Source of the DNA: an uncultured Polyangiaceae bacterium
GTDB lineage: Bacteria > Myxococcota_A > Polyangia > Polyangiales > Polyangiaceae
Assembly (NCBI GenBank): GCA_964236865.1
Contig: CAXSGJ010000030.1
Coordinates: 36,210-51,818 of the forward strand
Direction: 5' to 3'
DNA: 15,609 bases
Shown here: positions 13,620-15,609 of the stretch, in pieces
How positions within the stretch are numbered: the stretch's first letter is position 1
Layout: every line of letters begins with the position of its first letter
Position numbers and translations under genes: made by a program
Notes under the pieces: generated by a model
The model's input: the letters and a program-made list of their open reading frames with translations, nothing else
Database searches by the model: none
What the model was told of the DNA's origin: nothing

Positions 13620-15609
13620 ATGACGATTGCCGTCGTTGCCGAGAAGCCATCCGTCGGGCGTGACTTGGCGAACGCGCTCGGTGCCACACGGCGCGGTGAC
13701 GGCAAGCTATCCGGTAACGGCTACGTCGTGACTTGGGCGATCGGTCATTTGGTTGGCTTAGCGGAGCCCGAGGGCATTCGACCCGAGTGGAAGCGTTGGC
13801 GGCGCGACGACCTACCCATGCTGCCCGAGCGCTGGCCGCTCACCATCTTCGACGCGACGCGCGCGCAATTCGAGGTCGTGCGTCAGGTGCTGAACGCTCC
13901 AGACATCACGTCCGTGATCTGCGCCACGGATGCAGGCCGAGAGGGCGAGCTGATCTTTCGGCTGATCTACGAGGCCGCCGAGTGTCATCGGCCGGTGTCG
14001 CGGCTGTGGATCTCTTCCCTGACCGAGGCCGCGATCCGCGAAGGCATGCGTCGGTTACGTCCGGCGCGGGACTATGATGATCTCGCCAATGCTGCTCTAG
14101 GGCGCAGCCGCGCGGACTGGCTCGTGGGTATGAACTTGTCGCGCGCGTACGGGCTCGCGCTCGACGCCCCGCTGTCGGTTGGCCGCGTCCAAACCCCGAC
14201 GCTGGCGATGCTGGTCGAGCGTGAGCTCGAGATCGGAAACTTCGTGCCGGAAGATTACCTGGAGGTCGTGGCCACGTTTTCGCCGCGAGCAGGGGAATCG
14301 TATCGCGGCACCTGGTTTCAGCCGGGAAAGGCCGAGCACCCGCCGCGGTTGCCGGCATCTGGGGAAAAGGCGGGGGAAATCGTTGAGCGCGCGCATGCGG
14401 GGCAAGCGCGAATCGAGAGCGTGACCTCACGAACGAAGCGCCTGCCTCCGCCGCTCTTGTATGATTTGACCGAACTCCAGCGGCACATGAATCGCCTGTA
14501 CGGCCTGTCCGCCCAGCGCACGCTCGACGCGGCGCAGGCGCTGTACGAAAAACACAAGCTGCTCAGCTACCCCCGCACCGACAGCCGACATCTGTCGGCG
14601 GCGGAAGCGAGCACCCTGTCCGCCATCGTTCAAGCGATCGCCGCTCCTTACCGGGCGCTGCTCGCCGAAGGAAGCGGTGAGCGCGCACTCTCTCGCCGCT
14701 TCGTGGATGACGCAAAGGTGAATGATCACCACGCCATCATCCCCACTGCGACGTCAGCCGCAGGCTGCGCGCTCGGTAACGACGAACGGCGGGTCTACGA
14801 GCTCGTATGTCGGCGCTTACTTCAGGCTTATCACGCCGACTTCGTGTGGGCGGCCACCGAGGTCATCACCGCGATTCGGCCGCGCGCTAGCGCCGAGCCC
14901 GTGGACCGTTATCGCAGTCTGGGCACCGCTGTAGAGCAGCAGGGTTGGAAGGTGCTCGATCTCGGTGACCCAAAGCCGCCCCGAGAAAAGGCTGAAAACG
15001 CCGGAAGCGCGCCGGTTGGCGACGCGGAGAGCGCGCTGCCATCGGGACTCAAGGATGGGCAGCCGCAGCACGTTCTGGACGCAAAAGCGGTCGACAAAAC
15101 GACGCGGCCCCCGCCGCGCTTGAATGACGCTTCGTTGCTCACGGCCATGGAAACGGCCGGCAAGCACGTGGATGAAAAAGAGCTATCGGCGGCCATGAAA
15201 GACAGCGGGCTCGGCACGCCGGCGACGCGCGCGAACATCATCGAGACGCTGATCGCGCGCGGCTATGTGATCCGTGACGGCAAGGCGCTGCTCGCGAGCG
15301 AGCGCGGCATCGGGCTTATCGCCGTCGTCGATTCCGAAGTGAAGAGCGCGGCCATGACTGGCGCGTGGGAGGCGCGCCTGCAGGCTATCGCGCGCGGTCG
15401 CGCTGCGCTGCCGGCGTTCCTCGAGCAGATTGAAGCCTACGTGACGGCCGTGGTGGGTCGCGTGCCACCGGTCCTGCCTCCGCTGGCCGGTCAGTCGCCT
15501 GCCACGCGCTCCGCCCCGTCGCCAACGCGCTCGGCCCCGTCGCCAACGCGCTCTGCCCCGTCGCCAACGCGCTCTGCCCCGTCGCCAACGCGCTCTGCCC
15601 CGTCGCCAA
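13620..15609 (+). CDS. topB: DNA topoisomerase III (type IA). The 3' end lies beyond the right edge (partial).
   Basis: Absent from the ORF track because no stop codon falls inside the window. My translation from the ATG at 13620 is open to the edge: MTIAVVAEKPSVGRDLANALGA...GYVVTWAIGHLVGL...ATDAGREGELIFRLIYE...ADWLVGMNLSRAY...SVGRVQTPTLAMLVERE...LYEKHKLLSYPRTDSRHLS (catalytic Tyr codon at 14568..14570). These are Toprim plus type IA core signatures. The C-terminal tail becomes PSPTRSA heptad repeats. Confidence 0.95.
   Translation, partial: MTIAVVAEKPSVGRDLANALGATRRGDGKLSGNGYVVTWAIGHLVGLAEPEGIRPEWKRWRRDDLPMLPERWPLTIFDATRAQFEVVRQVLNAPDITSVICATDAGREGELIFRLIYEAAECHRPVSRLWISSLTEAAIREGMRRLRPARDYDDLANAALGRSRADWLVGMNLSRAYGLALDAPLSVGRVQTPTLAMLVERELEIGNFVPEDYLEVVATFSPRAGESYRGTWFQPGKAEHPPRLPASGEKAGEIVERAHAGQARIESVTSRTKRLPPPLLYDLTELQRHMNRLYGLSAQRTLDAAQALYEKHKLLSYPRTDSRHLSAAEASTLSAIVQAIAAPYRALLAEGSGERALSRRFVDDAKVNDHHAIIPTATSAAGCALGNDERRVYELVCRRLLQAYHADFVWAATEVITAIRPRASAEPVDRYRSLGTAVEQQGWKVLDLGDPKPPREKAENAGSAPVGDAESALPSGLKDGQPQHVLDAKAVDKTTRPPPRLNDASLLTAMETAGKHVDEKELSAAMKDSGLGTPATRANIIETLIARGYVIRDGKALLASERGIGLIAVVDSEVKSAAMTGAWEARLQAIARGRAALPAFLEQIEAYVTAVVGRVPPVLPPLAGQSPATRSAPSPTRSAPSPTRSAPSPTRSAPSPTRSAPSP
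15491..15609. repeat. Tandem 21-bp direct repeat (unit CCCCGTCGCCAACGCGCTCTG) inside the topoisomerase III coding region, running off the window edge.
   Basis: One degenerate copy lies at 15491..15513 (encodes SPATRSA). Unit 15514..15534 has a single substitution. Units 15535..15555, 15556..15576 and 15577..15597 are identical. A partial unit at 15598..15609 follows. The repeat is in frame and encodes (PSPTRSA)n. Confidence 0.92.

Noticed and set aside
13929-13949. The Toprim acidic motif reads D-A-G-R-E-G-E rather than the textbook D-x-D-x-E. This could suggest an inactive topoisomerase.
   Set aside because: From memory, D-x-G-R-E-G-E variants are common in a topoisomerase III subfamily. 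The Toprim Glu (AEKPS), the EGE residues and the catalytic Tyr context (SYPRTDS) are intact. It is probably normal family variation, and alignment to characterised TopB proteins would settle it.
15385-15609. A 74-aa minus-strand ORF with ATGQSAL repeats.
   Set aside because: It is simply the reverse-complement reading of the 21-bp repeat inside the topoisomerase III frame. The plus-strand frame is continuous with a strongly supported enzyme core.
15491-15609. Possible CRISPR array, because of the regularly spaced identical repeats.
   Set aside because: The repeats are directly abutting with no spacers. The 21-bp unit is a multiple of three and in frame with the topoisomerase gene. This is a coding tandem repeat, not a CRISPR array.
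1-15609. Whether the window is a mobile element, prophage or defence island. Topoisomerase III genes often travel with conjugative elements.
   Set aside because: I found no integrase, transposase, relaxase, phage structural gene, restriction-modification or other defence signature. There is no flanking tRNA or terminal repeat, and no obvious compositional break. The gene content looks like ordinary chromosomal accessory metabolism plus envelope proteins.

Overview
This is a high-GC, densely coding bacterial chromosomal segment. The exported lipoproteins and Tat signals have a Myxococcota-like flavour, but taxonomy cannot be established from the sequence alone. I support 12 protein-coding genes, two of them truncated by the window edges and therefore absent from the supplied ORF track. 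I see no rRNA, tRNA, CRISPR array, transposase, integrase or recognisable defence gene. Gene layout: (a) Minus strand: a POTRA-less Omp85-like outer-membrane barrel (3125..4510) overlaps by 11 nt a 583-aa lipoprotein (1384..3135), followed by a second, diverged copy of the barrel gene (1..1124, partial). (b) Minus strand: a translationally coupled operon of a VOC/glyoxalase-fold lipoprotein, a GMC flavoprotein oxidoreductase and a tail-anchored SDR (8302 down to 4699). (c) Plus strand, divergent from (b): a translationally coupled operon of a MIP/aquaporin channel, a GH15 glycoside hydrolase and a 4-TM protein (8409..11577), then a MOSC-domain gene. (d) Minus strand: a Tat/lipobox-exported intradiol-dioxygenase-like protein. 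(e) Plus strand: a type IA topoisomerase III gene that runs off the right edge and ends in perfect 21-bp tandem repeats. The best candidate for something undescribed is the barrel plus lipoprotein module. The lipoprotein carries protein-kinase-like catalytic motifs (HxDxxxxN followed by a DLG/DFG-like motif), which suggests an exported atypical kinase-fold protein paired with a dedicated Omp85-type barrel. The barrel gene recurs at a constant 3,380-bp offset, which suggests a tandem array. All functional calls rest on motif recognition by eye. No database search or structure prediction was run.
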